DNA of 64,000 nucleotides from an uncultured Planctomycetaceae bacterium (lineage in GTDB: Bacteria > Planctomycetota > Planctomycetia > Planctomycetales > Planctomycetaceae). Below the pieces are notes generated by a model. That model worked only from the letters and a program-made list of their open reading frames with translations. It had not been told where the DNA came from and made no database searches. The stretch's first letter is position 1. Each line of letters opens with the position of its first letter. Location of the stretch: the NCBI GenBank assembly GCA_963815195.1, contig CAWFGE010000008.1, positions 576,001-640,000 on the forward strand, in the 5' to 3' direction. The position numbers and the translations under genes were made by a program. Of the stretch, positions 44,270 through 62,970 are shown piece after piece.

Positions 44270-44893
44270 CTAAGACTCCAGCGCTTCCGACATCAAGTCC
44301 GCAATTTGATGCTGGTTCTCGCCGCCCGACGTTTTCAGGGCCTGAATGACACGATCTCGCCGGGCGGGCTCGTGATTCTGATTCAGTTTCCATTTGCCCT
44401 CGATCCGGTCAATTTCCATTTCGAAGCCGACGATGCCGTCGATCAAGCCGCGGAGCATCGAAGGCTCGACTTGATCCAATGACCACGGATGTTCTTGATG
44501 GGCTTCGTAGAATTCGACGTAACGGTGAAGGATTTGCAGCAGGCGGTGATGGTCGGTTTCCAGCCGCAATGTTCCATAAGCATGGACGGCGACATAATTC
44601 CACGTGGGCACGGTATTGGCGGCCGCGTACCACGTGGGCGAAATGTAGGCGTGTGGCCCGTGGAAGATTGCCAGCACGTTTTGACCCTCGGCATGCCGCC
44701 ACTGCGGATTGGCTTTTGCCATGTGCCCCACGAGAGTGCCGTGCGAACCCTGCTCGCGGTTCAGCAGCAGCGGCAAATGGCTCGCCGCCGGCACCGATCC
44801 ATCGAGAGAAACGAGCGTCGCGAAGCTGTGCTTCTCGATGACGTCGTGCATTCTCGCTTGGTCTGTTTCCGCAAAACTCGATGGAATATACAT
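44270..44893 (-). CDS. PaiB-like FMN-binding protein
   Basis: MYIPSSF, GHMAKANPQW, GPHAYISPTWY, VPTWNYVAVH, KWKLNQN. Confidence 0.92.
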   Translation of the reverse strand: MYIPSSFAETDQARMHDVIEKHSFATLVSLDGSVPAASHLPLLLNREQGSHGTLVGHMAKANPQWRHAEGQNVLAIFHGPHAYISPTWYAAANTVPTWNYVAVHAYGTLRLETDHHRLLQILHRYVEFYEAHQEHPWSLDQVEPSMLRGLIDGIVGFEMEIDRIEGKWKLNQNHEPARRDRVIQALKTSGGENQHQIADLMSEALES

Positions 44894-44938
44894 GGAAACT
44901 CGGCACTCGGTGATTCTCAAAGATGGTAACCACTTTTC

Positions 44939-46657
44939 TCAAGTGGCCGCATAGGTTTCCGCGTAGGCTTTGAGGGTTTCATCGCCTTGCCGATGGCAGA
45001 AGTCGCCGAAGGATTCGCCCGGTTCCCGTTCGGTCCGATAAAACGCGAACAGCGGGTCCAGCGTCTCGCCAAGTTCTTCGAGCGGGACCATGTCTTCATA
45101 CAGAAACGCGAGCCGGGTGCCTTCCGCGTTGCCGCCCAGGTACAGCGTATACTTTCCGCGGGCTTTGCCGACGAGACCGATGTCCGGCGTGTAAGGCCGG
45201 GCGCAGCCGTTGGGGCAGCCGGTCATGTGGATCGCCAAGCGTTCGCCCGCGAGTCCGTGCTGCTCCATCGCGGCTTCGATTTGATCGACCGCCTGAGGCA
45301 TCACGCGTTCCGATTCGGTCACCGCCAGCCCGCAGGTGGGAAGCGCGGGGCAGGCCATCGAATACCGGCGGGCCAACGTGAGTTCCTCCGCGGACTTCAC
45401 GCCGTGCTTCCGCAGAATGTCATCGATGTCCTGGCGGTCTGCGGGAGCGATATTGCAGAGGATCACCGCTTGCCGGGCGGTCAGGCGGGTTTCCATGCGG
45501 TATTTTTCGAGAATGGTCCGCAGCGCGGTTTTCAACCTGAGGTCGCCTTCATCTTTGATGCGGCCGTTCTCCACGTTGATCCCCAAGAACCATTGGCCGT
45601 CACCCTGCTCGTGCCAGCCGATGTGGTCGTCGGTGTCGGTGACATCCGTGGGATGCGGATCTTGAAGCGTTTGGCCGTAGTATTCCTCGACCTTGGCTTT
45701 GAACTTTTCGATGCCCCAGTTGGCGATGAGGTATTTGAGCCGGGCGACTTTGCGGTCGTCCCGGTTGCCGAAGTCCCGCTGCACTTTGACGATGGCCTCG
45801 GCCACGTCCACCACCTGATCCGGCCGGACGAACGCCATCCGCTTCGCCACGGCGGGGAAGGTTTTCTTGAGCGCGGGCGTCATGCCCATCCCGCCGCCCA
45901 CGAGGACATTGTAGCCGATGATCTCGTCGTTCTCGACAATCGCCAGAAAGCCCAGGTCGTTGGAATACAACTCGACGCAGTTGTCGTGCGGGAAGGCGAA
46001 GGCGGTTTTGAATTTTCGCGGCAGATACCGCTCGCCGTAGATCGGCTCCTCGACCGGCTTGAACTCGGTCACGTCGGTTTTTTCGCCGGCCTCGTCTTCC
46101 AGCCAGATTTCGTAATAGCCCGTCGTCTTGGGCTTGAGAAGTTCCGCCACGCGGTCGGCCATCGCTTGCAGCACATCGTGGACTTTGCTGTTTTTGTACG
46201 GAGCCGGGCAGCACATCACGTTTCGCGTCACATCGCCGCACGCCGCCAGGGTGGTCAGCTTACTGTGATTGATGGCCTGGATGGTTTCCTTCAGATTGTT
46301 GCGCAGGACGCCGTGGAGTTGAAACCCCTGCCGGGTGGTGATCCGCACGGTGCCGTTGCCGAACTGATCGCCGAGATCCAACTCGGCCAGAAATTGCTCG
46401 GCCGACACTTTGCCGCCGGGAATTCGCGTGCGGACCATAAACATATACGATTTGCCGAGCGGGTTGCCGTCCTCATCTTTGAGGTTCCGCAGCTCGCGGT
46501 CGTCCTGCTGATAGGAGCCGTGATGCTTGAGGACTTTGGCGGCCTCGCCGGAAAAATGGTCGGCGTCGTTGCCCAACTCCTCGGCGATGGTGCCCCGCAA
46601 CTGGCGGCTGTTGGCTTTCAGCAATTCGTTTTTGGTGAGTTTTGGCTCATCGGCCAT
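44939..46657 (-). CDS. cysI: Assimilatory sulfite reductase hemoprotein (siroheme/4Fe-4S)
   Basis: HGSYQQDDR, ITTRQGFQLHG, LPRKFK, ACPALPTCGLA, TGCPNGC. Confidence 0.9.
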   Translation of the reverse strand: MADEPKLTKNELLKANSRQLRGTIAEELGNDADHFSGEAAKVLKHHGSYQQDDRELRNLKDEDGNPLGKSYMFMVRTRIPGGKVSAEQFLAELDLGDQFGNGTVRITTRQGFQLHGVLRNNLKETIQAINHSKLTTLAACGDVTRNVMCCPAPYKNSKVHDVLQAMADRVAELLKPKTTGYYEIWLEDEAGEKTDVTEFKPVEEPIYGERYLPRKFKTAFAFPHDNCVELYSNDLGFLAIVENDEIIGYNVLVGGGMGMTPALKKTFPAVAKRMAFVRPDQVVDVAEAIVKVQRDFGNRDDRKVARLKYLIANWGIEKFKAKVEEYYGQTLQDPHPTDVTDTDDHIGWHEQGDGQWFLGINVENGRIKDEGDLRLKTALRTILEKYRMETRLTARQAVILCNIAPADRQDIDDILRKHGVKSAEELTLARRYSMACPALPTCGLAVTESERVMPQAVDQIEAAMEQHGLAGERLAIHMTGCPNGCARPYTPDIGLVGKARGKYTLYLGGNAEGTRLAFLYEDMVPLEELGETLDPLFAFYRTEREPGESFGDFCHRQGDETLKAYAETYAAT

Positions 46658-46852
46658 GCGTAAAACTCCGTTGCCGGGAAACATGCGTTTCCCATTCTGA
46701 AATGATCGGTTGTCGAGAATCTTCCCCGGTTCGGCCGGGTGTGGTCGAACCCTCCTTAAGGATTGGAGTATAATCGGCCATCCCGGTTCAGGGCCAGAGC
46801 AGACAAATCCAGGATTTTATTCGAACAAATATGAGTGGAAGGGCGCAGGATT

Positions 46853-47230
46853 TGTAAGCGGAAGGGCGCTAGCCCCCGGCCGATTGAGTGAAAACTTCGC
46901 GATTACAAGGCCGGCGGCTAGCGCCGTTCCGCTCATGAATCCCTAAAATGTAAGCGGAAGGGCGCTAGCCCCCGGCCGATTGAGTGAAAACTTCGCGATT
47001 ACAAGGCCGGCGGCCAGCGCCGTTCCGCTCATGAATCCCTAAAATGTGAGCGGAAGGGCGCTAGCCCCCGGCCGATTGAGTGAAAACTTCGCGATTACAA
47101 GGCCGGCGGCTAGCGCCGTTCCGCTCATGAATCCCTAAAATGTGAGCGGAAGGGCGCTAGCCCCCGGCCCATTGAGTGAAAACTTCGCGATTACAAGGCC
47201 GGCGGCCAGCGCCGTTCCGCTCATGAATCC
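46853..47230. repeat. About 4 tandem copies of a 96-bp palindromic REP-like unit
   Basis: Units start at 46853, 46949, 47045, 47141; each has arms GCGGAAGGGCGCTAGCCCCCGGCC and GGCCGGCGGCTAGCGCCGTTCCGC. Confidence 0.95.
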
Positions 47231-47268
47231 TTCAAGTTCAATGGACAAAAGTCAAGAGCGGAGGCGTT

Positions 47269-48288
47269 GTGGCGGCGACAATTATCGACGGCAAACAGGT
47301 GGCGGCACGCGTTCGGGGCGAGATCCGTCAGGAAGCCGAGGCATTCACGCGCGATACCGGCGTGGTGCCACACTTGGCGGCGATTCTGGTGGGCGACGAC
47401 CCGGCGAGCGCGATCTATGTCCGCAACAAACAAAAAGCCTGCGAGCAATCGGGCCTCAAAAGCAGCCTGCACAAATTGCCCGTCAAGACCAGCCAGACCG
47501 AGCTTTTGGACCGGATCGCCCAATGCAACACCGACCCGTCGATCCATGGGATTTTAGTGCAACTGCCGCTGCCGGAGCACATCCACGAATTGGCGATTTT
47601 GGATGCGGTCTCGCCTGTTAAAGACGTGGACGCGTTTCATCCGCAGAACGTCGGCTTGATCGTGCAAGGCCGGCCGCGGTTTCTGCCCTGCACGCCGCGC
47701 GGCATTCAGGAACTCTTGAAGTCCGCGGGAGTGGAAACCGCCGGGGCCCACGCCGTGATCTTGGGCCGCAGCGAAATCGTCGGCAAACCGATGGCGCTGC
47801 TCCTCATGCAGCGCGGCGAGACCGCCAATGCGACCGTGACCGTCTGCCACAGCCGCACCCGCGACCTGGCGGAGATCACCCGCACGGCGGACATTCTCAT
47901 CGCCGCCATCGGTCGGGCCAGGTTCATCACCGCCGACATGGTCAAGCCCGGCGCCGTCGTGATTGACGTGGGCACGAACCGCGTGGACGGCAAACTCGTA
48001 GGCGACGTGGATTTTGAACCGGTGTCCCAAATCGCCTCGGCCATCACGCCCGTCCCCGGCGGCGTCGGCCCGATGACGATCGCCATGCTGCTGAAAAACA
48101 CCCTGACCGCCGCGAGGCTTTCGGCAAAGCGCGTCGCCCAACCGGAATCGGCGGAACTCTTTTTTCTCAACGACGACGAAGGTTATGCGGATTGGACGCG
48201 CCCATCCGTTGGGGTTCGTGATCAACTCGTTTCCCGTGCCGTCCCCGGACTATCTCGTGTTGCACAAAGCGGATTGCAGGACCATTAA
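47269..48288 (+). CDS. folD: Bifunctional methylene-THF dehydrogenase/cyclohydrolase (3' end uncertain)
   Basis: IIDGK, YVRNK, GILVQLPLP, KDVDAFHP, PCTP, GRSEIVGKP, TPVPGGVGPMTI. Confidence 0.95.
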   Translation: MAATIIDGKQVAARVRGEIRQEAEAFTRDTGVVPHLAAILVGDDPASAIYVRNKQKACEQSGLKSSLHKLPVKTSQTELLDRIAQCNTDPSIHGILVQLPLPEHIHELAILDAVSPVKDVDAFHPQNVGLIVQGRPRFLPCTPRGIQELLKSAGVETAGAHAVILGRSEIVGKPMALLLMQRGETANATVTVCHSRTRDLAEITRTADILIAAIGRARFITADMVKPGAVVIDVGTNRVDGKLVGDVDFEPVSQIASAITPVPGGVGPMTIAMLLKNTLTAARLSAKRVAQPESAELFFLNDDEGYADWTRPSVGVRDQLVSRAVPGLSRVAQSGLQDH

Positions 48289-48450
48289 CGAGGGCATCGA
48301 CGAGACGAGCCGGCGAACGTCCTATCGGAAAACATGCTTTGAAGATCGGAAAGACGCGGTGGCCTGGGCCGAGCAAAATTGGCCGGGCAATTTAATTATC
48401 TGCAGCCGATGCAAACCTTAGTGCCCCGAAGTCAAATTCCGGAGACGAAA

Positions 48451-49509
48451 ATGATGCGCCCGCTCATCCATTCCCTGCGCTATTTCCTGCCCGTCCTCAT
48501 CTTGGCGTCGGCAACCGCAACTCGCGCGGAGCAAGAAACGTTCGTCCCAGTCCCCGAAAGCGGGCGGGCTGAGTTTGTGCCCACGAAAGCGGAATCAACG
48601 GTGCCCCAGCGCTATCGGCAGGCGAAACAGGAGTTCCCCTTCGAGACGGAATACGAACGCAGCAGCGGCCCCGTGCGGATCTATAAGGTGCGGTTTCCTT
48701 CGCCGATCAAAACCGAGATCGAAATCAACAACACCGTGCACGCCCAGTATTTTCAACCCGAGGGCCAAGGGCCGTTCCCGGGCGTTGTCGTGCTGCATAT
48801 TCTGGGCGGGGATTTTCCGCTGTCGCAGATGATCGCCAACGGCCTCGCGCGGCGGGGCGTGGCGGCTTTGTTCGTCAAGATGCCCTACTACGGCGAACGC
48901 CGGCCGAAAACGCCCCGGCGGCGAATGCTCTCGCCCAATCTCGACGAGACCGTCGCCGGCATGACGCAGGCGGTTTTGGACATCCGCCGGGCCGCGACCT
49001 GGCTGGAAGATCGCCCGGAAGTCAACGGGGAGGACATGGGCGTGATGGGCATCAGCCTGGGCGGGATCATGTCGGGCCTGTCCGCCGCCGCCGAGCCTCG
49101 CTTCAAGAAGGTGGCGATGTACTTGGCGGGCGGGAACCTGCACGCCGCGATCTGGGACAGCGGGCTTTCCGAATTGAAAGATCATCGGGCTCAGTGGAAA
49201 GCCGCCGGCGAGACCCGCGAAACGTTCATCAAGAAGATGGCCGAGGTCGATCCAATCACCTTTGCCGACTGCCTGAAGAACCGCGATGTATTGATGGTCA
49301 ATGCGAAAAACGACGAGGTGATCCCCCGCGAATGCACCGTCGCGTTGTGGAAAAAAATCGGCACCGCCCGCGAGATTGTCTGGCTCGACGCGGGGCATTA
49401 TTCGGCGGCGTGGTACATCGTCGGCGAAATGGAACGCCTGGGGCGGTTCTTTCAACCGAACGCGCGAAAAGATCGGGAGAAGGGGAGAACGGGAGACGGA
49501 GAGAACTGA
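48451..49509 (+). CDS. Alpha/beta hydrolase, secreted
   Basis: Signal peptide; GISLG nucleophile motif, NDEVIP, AGHY. Confidence 0.88.
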   Translation: MMRPLIHSLRYFLPVLILASATATRAEQETFVPVPESGRAEFVPTKAESTVPQRYRQAKQEFPFETEYERSSGPVRIYKVRFPSPIKTEIEINNTVHAQYFQPEGQGPFPGVVVLHILGGDFPLSQMIANGLARRGVAALFVKMPYYGERRPKTPRRRMLSPNLDETVAGMTQAVLDIRRAATWLEDRPEVNGEDMGVMGISLGGIMSGLSAAAEPRFKKVAMYLAGGNLHAAIWDSGLSELKDHRAQWKAAGETRETFIKKMAEVDPITFADCLKNRDVLMVNAKNDEVIPRECTVALWKKIGTAREIVWLDAGHYSAAWYIVGEMERLGRFFQPNARKDREKGRTGDGEN

Positions 49510-49581
49510 TTTCCCGTCAACGGACATCGGGGATGCGATCACTCGAAGGGCACGGAAATCCGCGTGACGGTGGAAATTCCT

Positions 49582-49809
49582 CAGCCGCGTCGCGGCGACA
49601 GCATATCGCTGCGGGCGTAAGCCCGCAGAATGTCTCAAAATAGATATGAAGCCGCGAAGCGGCGATAGCAACGGATTGATAGGGACTTGCGATCTGCTTC
49701 AATGCAACTCGTGACAAAATCGCTGTCGCCGCTTCGCGGCTCTCGACACTTTTTTTGCTCAGTTCCTTGGGCTTACGCCCAAGGCTATATGCTGCCGCCG
49801 CTACGCGGC
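49582..49809. repeat. Composite palindromic REP-like element (AGCCGCGAAGCGGCG family)
   Basis: AGCCGCGTCGCGGCGACAGC, GCGGGCGTAAGCCCGC and AGCCGCGAAGCGGCG with inverted counterparts. Confidence 0.8.
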
Positions 49810-50021
49810 GAAGACAAGAGCCGAATTCCACCGATCCATTTATCCGAAGCCAATCTAAGCTTAGAATCCTGACTCTTGGCTTTGGAATCCGCTCGCAAAT
49901 ACCTGCCAGGCCGTGTATAAGGTAGTGTTCCCTTCATGCGAGGAGATCGAACGATCCGAGCGCAAATTGCATCGATCACACAGAGAAAACGGTTGGCGGG
50001 AAGGCGTTTGAGGTCGGACAT

Positions 50022-53243
<3,222 letters not shown>

Positions 53244-53444
53244 CCGGGTTTTGCTATGAAGACGGCAGCCCCGTTTGAGTAATCCGCTCCCACCCGATAA
53301 GGTTGAGGTTACGCCCAAGACGAACCCGCTGCCCGGGATCGTTGTCCAATTTGGAGGTTTTTCGGGCTGAGTCAGACGGACCACCATCCTTTCATGGCAT
53401 TTCAGTTCAGCCGAATATCGAAACCAAGACAGAAGTGATAAGAC

Positions 53445-57133
<3,689 letters not shown>

Positions 57134-57141
57134 GATTCCGA

Positions 57142-57211
57142 AGTAGGGTCCCCCTGTGTGGACCATTTAGCGATGGGTTAAACGTCGTTTCGGTCCGCAC
57201 AGGGAGACTAC
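57142..57211. repeat. GTAG-type REP doublet
   Basis: GTAGGGTCCCCCTGTGTGGACC with inverted partner GGTCCGCACAGGGAGACTAC. Confidence 0.6.
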
Positions 57212-57726
57212 CAACTGCTGAATGGGGCGTGGTTGAAGTGGATTACGGTGATTCTGGATTTTTTCCGAGAGATGGTTGGCTAGTCTCCATCGCCATGCGC
57301 CGTTCTTTGCGTTCCTTGCTTTGACGAATCGAACCGTAAACAAATACACCCGCCAATGCGACGACTGTTGCCGCAGCAAAGAGGCCGGCGGTCCGGAAAC
57401 CCACTTCAAAAGTGGAGTCCCCAAGTTTGATCCCTCTATAATAAGGGGGTTCTTTGCACCACAAGCCGAGAATCCGAGCCAAGTCCCCGTGACAAAAGCG
57501 GTTAGGACCGTTCGAGAAAAACCTGTCCGATCATCAGCCGGAACGCGCTCGCGTCCGGTTCTCCGTGAACCGGGGCTCGCAAGCGCCCTGCGGCTAATAA
57601 CTGCGACAATTATTTATCGAGCGATCCTTACGGGTGGCAGAGACTTCGTAAGGGATCGCTTTGCGGCGGCCACGGTCGTCATAGCCGCCGAAATCTGCTT
57701 CGAAGGCGGATTGGTCTCTTGGTCCG

Positions 57727-57900
57727 CTAAGTGAGGGCGTCGCGGACGAGTTCGAACTTTGTGTTGGCGTTGGTTCCGAGCCCTTGAATGGCGACCAGGC
57801 AGACGGTCACGATGAATGCCAGCATCACGGCGTATTCCACGGCCGTCGGACCCTCTTCGGAGGCCAGGAAGCGTTTCATGCTCTCGAGACAATTTCTCAT
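57727..57900 (-). CDS. flp: Flp family type IVb pilin
   Basis: FLASEEG/PTAVEYAVML cleavage motif followed by a hydrophobic helix. Confidence 0.92.
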   Translation of the reverse strand: MRNCLESMKRFLASEEGPTAVEYAVMLAFIVTVCLVAIQGLGTNANTKFELVRDALT

Positions 57901-58064
57901 CGTTTCACCCTCTCGTAATCTTAAAGTGGAGAAGTGGTGAATCCGCTGGCCCTCCGGATTCCCCATCAGTTTTTTAGAGCGTCTCGAATCGAGCCTAGAT
58001 CACATTGGCGAGGGTTCACGAAAGCGAGTCCGGGCTGTTCGGCAACAATCGTTTCGGGCGTCTT

Positions 58065-58280
58065 TTACGGTTCGCAGTGCGGACAAGTCCATCGCCCGGT
58101 CGACGAGATTCGTTGAATCCAGACCATGGCCATCAGGGAGGCGGTCATGGGCGTGGCCGCGCCAGCAGCAATCAGGCTGATCGTGAGGGCGGAATACAGA
58201 GCGTGGGAGGGTTCCCGCCAATGCCGCACGACCTTGCAATGACAGTTGGGACAAAAATCGATTTGACGTTCGATGGGCAT
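58065..58280 (-). CDS. Small CxxC-TM-CxxC (LITAF-like) protein
   Basis: FCPNC, hydrophobic stretch, WTCPHC; AAGG RBS. Confidence 0.6.
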   Translation of the reverse strand: MPIERQIDFCPNCHCKVVRHWREPSHALYSALTISLIAAGAATPMTASLMAMVWIQRISSTGRWTCPHCEP

Positions 58281-58553
58281 TTTGACCTTCTTACTTGAAC
58301 GAGCTCACGAAAGCTGAGGACGCATCCAAGACCGTTTCGATGCGCTTCCAGCTTTAAAACTACGTCAGGAACTCGTTTCCGGGCTTCTTTTCGCCATGAT
58401 TTGCACGGCGAATGCCATTTACGCCCCGGCGGACGACCGATTGTGCGCGGGTTCAGGAATCTCCCCAGCAGCGATCCGAGCGTTTTGGCTTTCGAAAAAT
58501 GCGGGAATGCCTTGGGTGCAGCCCAGTGCAGCCGACGGGCGAAATCGATGGAA

Positions 58554-58769
58554 TCAGGCGTTTCGCCGCGCCACCATCTCGACGTGCGCGGACCCGCTGG
58601 CCGGCGGATCGGTCACCAGATCGCTCGCGGCCACGTGCCGCTCCGGTGATTTGAGCAAGAGCCGGGCCACGGCCCCGAGCACGCTGCCGGATTCCGCCTT
58701 CTCCCCCGGGGCATCCGCCCACCACGCCGACCAATTCGATGAGGAATCTTTCTCGACGATAATCCGCAT
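58554..58769 (-). CDS. Small hypothetical protein
   Basis: MRIIVEKD...WSAWWADAP ORF with plausible codon use and GAGG upstream. Confidence 0.5.
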   Translation of the reverse strand: MRIIVEKDSSSNWSAWWADAPGEKAESGSVLGAVARLLLKSPERHVAASDLVTDPPASGSAHVEMVARRNA

Positions 58770-59135
58770 GGGGAGGGCCTCGCTCAACGGTAGAGAGGAA
58801 CGCATTTTCCGGATCAAAGCAGGTTGTCCAGCGAGGTTCAAACCCGCACCCGGGAGTCCCCGCAATCTTATGGTCGGAAAAGCCGCGGGCAACCGGGCAG
58901 GAATTCCCGGGGTTCCATAAAAAAGCCGACGGTTCCGAAAAACCGCCGGCGAAACAATCAAAAGGTCGATTCGGTCCCGTGCCGGCACCCCGTCTTTTCG
59001 AGAAAGTTTGGTACTCAACGGGTGAATTATTTCGTACACTCATTGAGAAGTCTCGATGTTGCCTCAACGCTGGAAGATTCCCTAGTGTTCTTCGCGCGGA
59101 TCCTGCAAATGCCCTCAATAAACTGGCGCGAAATA

Positions 59136-60353
59136 ATGAATGACTCTAGATCAACTTTGGGCTTGGCTCTTCGCCGTTTTGCACTTTTCGCCGTGTTGCC
59201 GGCGATCGTCTGGGGATGTGCGTTCCAAGCGGAAGCCGAGAAAGGCCAATGGGCCAACGAGGAAGCGAACTCCCGCAGTGCCAAAAACTCCGGAGCATCT
59301 GAGGCCGTGACGCCGGTCACTTGGGTCGCGGAACAGTGGTGGACGCTGCATCATGGGGGCGGTGTCTATGCCGTCTGTTTTTCTCCGGACGGAAAACGCG
59401 TCTTAACATCCGGTCGATCCGACGGTCAACTGACGGTTCGGCTCTGGGATCTCTCGACAGGTCGTGAACTTAAGAGTTCCGGCGGGAATAAGGCTTGGGA
59501 TTTTGTTCGGGACATTGCCTGGTCGCCGGACAGTCGGTACGCGTTGTTCGCCGCGGGGCAATACAAAGGAACTCAGCGGCTGACACTGTGGGATGTCGAA
59601 AACTGGAAAGAAGTCCGGCGGTTTGAAGGCCACCAGAATTCCGTAACCCGTGCCGCGTTCTCTCCGGATGGTCGCCTCGCTATCTCTGGCACCTTCGACG
59701 GCGATGTGTTTGTGTGGGATATTCAAACCGGGAAGGAAATCAGCCATTACAAGCCGAAGCTCGGCCGGTTCAATGGCGAACCCGACGGGGATACGCATCG
59801 CCTCGACGTTACGCCCGACGGCAAAACCGGTCTCTGGGCGGGCGGGACCGACAACTACCAACTGACGGTGTTTGATCTCGGCACGGGTCGCGAACTCACG
59901 CGTTTCCAGCCGAAGGAACCCTCCCGCCAGTATATCGTCGATGCGGTTTTCACAGCCGATGGTTCCCGAATCCTCGCCGCCCACTCCTACGGCTATCTGC
60001 GGGTTTGGGATGTCGGGCAGGTCAGTTCATCGCCGGCTCTGAAAATCTCTCCCGAGGTGATTACGAGCGTGGCCTTCTCGCAGTATGACCGGCTGGCGCT
60101 GGTCGGGAGTTTTCGAGGCGAGTTGACTCTGTGGAATATCGAGAATGTGCAAGAGGAAGTTCCCAAGTTGAAGCGGCTCCTTCGACTTCAGTATCCTCAT
60201 GCCCAGGAAAAACTGGCAAATGACCGAGGCCAGGCGGCCGCTGGAATCATGCGAGTCGCTTTGTCCCCGGATAACCGCTATGCGGCGGCCGCCGACCATG
60301 ACGGCACCGTGCGTATTTGGAAGATTTACAAGAAAATAACGCCGGACAAGTAG
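59136..60353 (+). CDS. WD40-repeat protein
   Basis: Repeated FSPDG...VRLWD and GH...FSPDG units; N-terminal signal-like segment. Confidence 0.9.
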   Translation: MNDSRSTLGLALRRFALFAVLPAIVWGCAFQAEAEKGQWANEEANSRSAKNSGASEAVTPVTWVAEQWWTLHHGGGVYAVCFSPDGKRVLTSGRSDGQLTVRLWDLSTGRELKSSGGNKAWDFVRDIAWSPDSRYALFAAGQYKGTQRLTLWDVENWKEVRRFEGHQNSVTRAAFSPDGRLAISGTFDGDVFVWDIQTGKEISHYKPKLGRFNGEPDGDTHRLDVTPDGKTGLWAGGTDNYQLTVFDLGTGRELTRFQPKEPSRQYIVDAVFTADGSRILAAHSYGYLRVWDVGQVSSSPALKISPEVITSVAFSQYDRLALVGSFRGELTLWNIENVQEEVPKLKRLLRLQYPHAQEKLANDRGQAAAGIMRVALSPDNRYAAAADHDGTVRIWKIYKKITPDK

Positions 60354-60676
60354 CGGGTCACATAAATCCGCATGTCCAAATACCTGCGGTTCATCGCGTG
60401 CCGCATGACCGACAGCGATGGTCTCGACCTCATCAAGAGCACAGCCGCCCAGGTTTTAGGCCCGCGGACGGTTTCTCGCCAAGCCGAAAGACTCGGGAGA
60501 ATTCCCATAACCGGCTCGGTCAACGTCCGGCGAAAATTCCGGACGAAGTCGGTTGTGGAGAGGACGCAAACGCCTAGAATACGGCTAGTGCCGGGCCGCC
60601 GTGGGCCGGCCGTCGCCGGCTGGGAGTCGGCAGCGTTTCGAATCGCCTCACTGAATCCCTCAAAAGGAGCCGCACT

Positions 60677-61282
60677 GTGGCATACTCCCTCCCCGAACTG
60701 CCCTATGCCTATGACGCCCTGGAACCGCACATCGACGCCCGGACGATGGAAATCCATCACACCAAGCACCATCAGGCTTACATCAACAAAGTGAACGACG
60801 CCATCGCCGGCACGGACTTGGAATCGAAGTCCATCGAAGATTTGATGCGCGGGCTCTCGAGCGTGCCCGAAAAAATTCGTGGAACCGTCCGCAACAACGG
60901 CGGCGGCCACGCGAACCACTCGCTGTTCTGGACGATCATGTCTCCCAAAGGCGGCGGCACGCCCTCCGGCGAATTGGGCGATGCGATCAACAGCAAGTTC
61001 GGCGGCTTCGACAACTTCAAGACGGAATTCGGCAACGCCGGGGCCACGCGGTTCGGCAGCGGCTGGGCCTGGCTGTCCGTGGACAACGGCTACCTGGTCG
61101 TCGAAAGCACGCCCAACCAGGACACGCCGCTCTCCGAAGGCCGGACTCCCATCCTCGGCATGGACGTGTGGGAGCACGCCTATTATCTGAAGTACCAAAA
61201 CCGCCGGCCCGATTACATCGCGGCGTTTTTTAACGTAATCAACTGGGACGAAGTCAGCAAACGCTTCGCCGCCGCGAAGTGA
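60677..61282 (+). CDS. sodA: Mn/Fe superoxide dismutase
   Basis: [30 protein letters not shown]. Confidence 0.95.
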   Translation: MAYSLPELPYAYDALEPHIDARTMEIHHTKHHQAYINKVNDAIAGTDLESKSIEDLMRGLSSVPEKIRGTVRNNGGGHANHSLFWTIMSPKGGGTPSGELGDAINSKFGGFDNFKTEFGNAGATRFGSGWAWLSVDNGYLVVESTPNQDTPLSEGRTPILGMDVWEHAYYLKYQNRRPDYIAAFFNVINWDEVSKRFAAAK

Positions 61283-61306
61283 TTCAATCAAACGCGACAA
61301 ACCAAG

Positions 61307-61335
61307 CCGGGGGCATTTGCGGCCCCCGGTTTTTT
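61307..61335 (+). terminator. Intrinsic terminator after sod
   Basis: CCGGGGGC/GCCCCCGG stem followed by T6. Confidence 0.85.
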
Positions 61336-61362
61336 ATGCGTGCAGAGAATCAACCCGTCTCG

Positions 61363-61424
61363 ATTCGCCCGATGCGCAAGCGAGCGATTTCAAACGATTT
61401 CCCTCGCTTGCGCATCGGGCGAAT
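61363..61424. repeat. 22-bp perfect inverted repeat between convergent genes
   Basis: ATTCGCCCGATGCGCAAGCGAG...CTCGCTTGCGCATCGGGCGAAT. Confidence 0.85.
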
Positions 61425-61436
61425 GAATGATTCGGT

Positions 61437-62828
<1,392 letters not shown>

Positions 62829-62970
62829 GGTCGCTCCTTCCTCAGAATGGGTTGATTCAACCGGTATGATAATCAAACCGGGAAGACCGAAACCACGCCG
62901 AAGACCGCAAACGCGGATTTTTCGACCGCGGCCCCGAGACTCGGAGCCACGAAACGACAGTCCGCAAACC

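Noticed and set aside
46853..47230. Possible CRISPR array
   Set aside because: Whole 96-bp units are near-identical, so there are no unique spacers, and no cas genes are present.
53244..53444. SAM or cobalamin riboswitch upstream of metH
   Set aside because: I could not find the SAM-I core or B12-box motifs by eye; an Infernal search would settle it.
57901..58064. c-di-GMP riboswitch upstream of flp
   Set aside because: No GEMM-type conserved motifs recognised on the minus strand.
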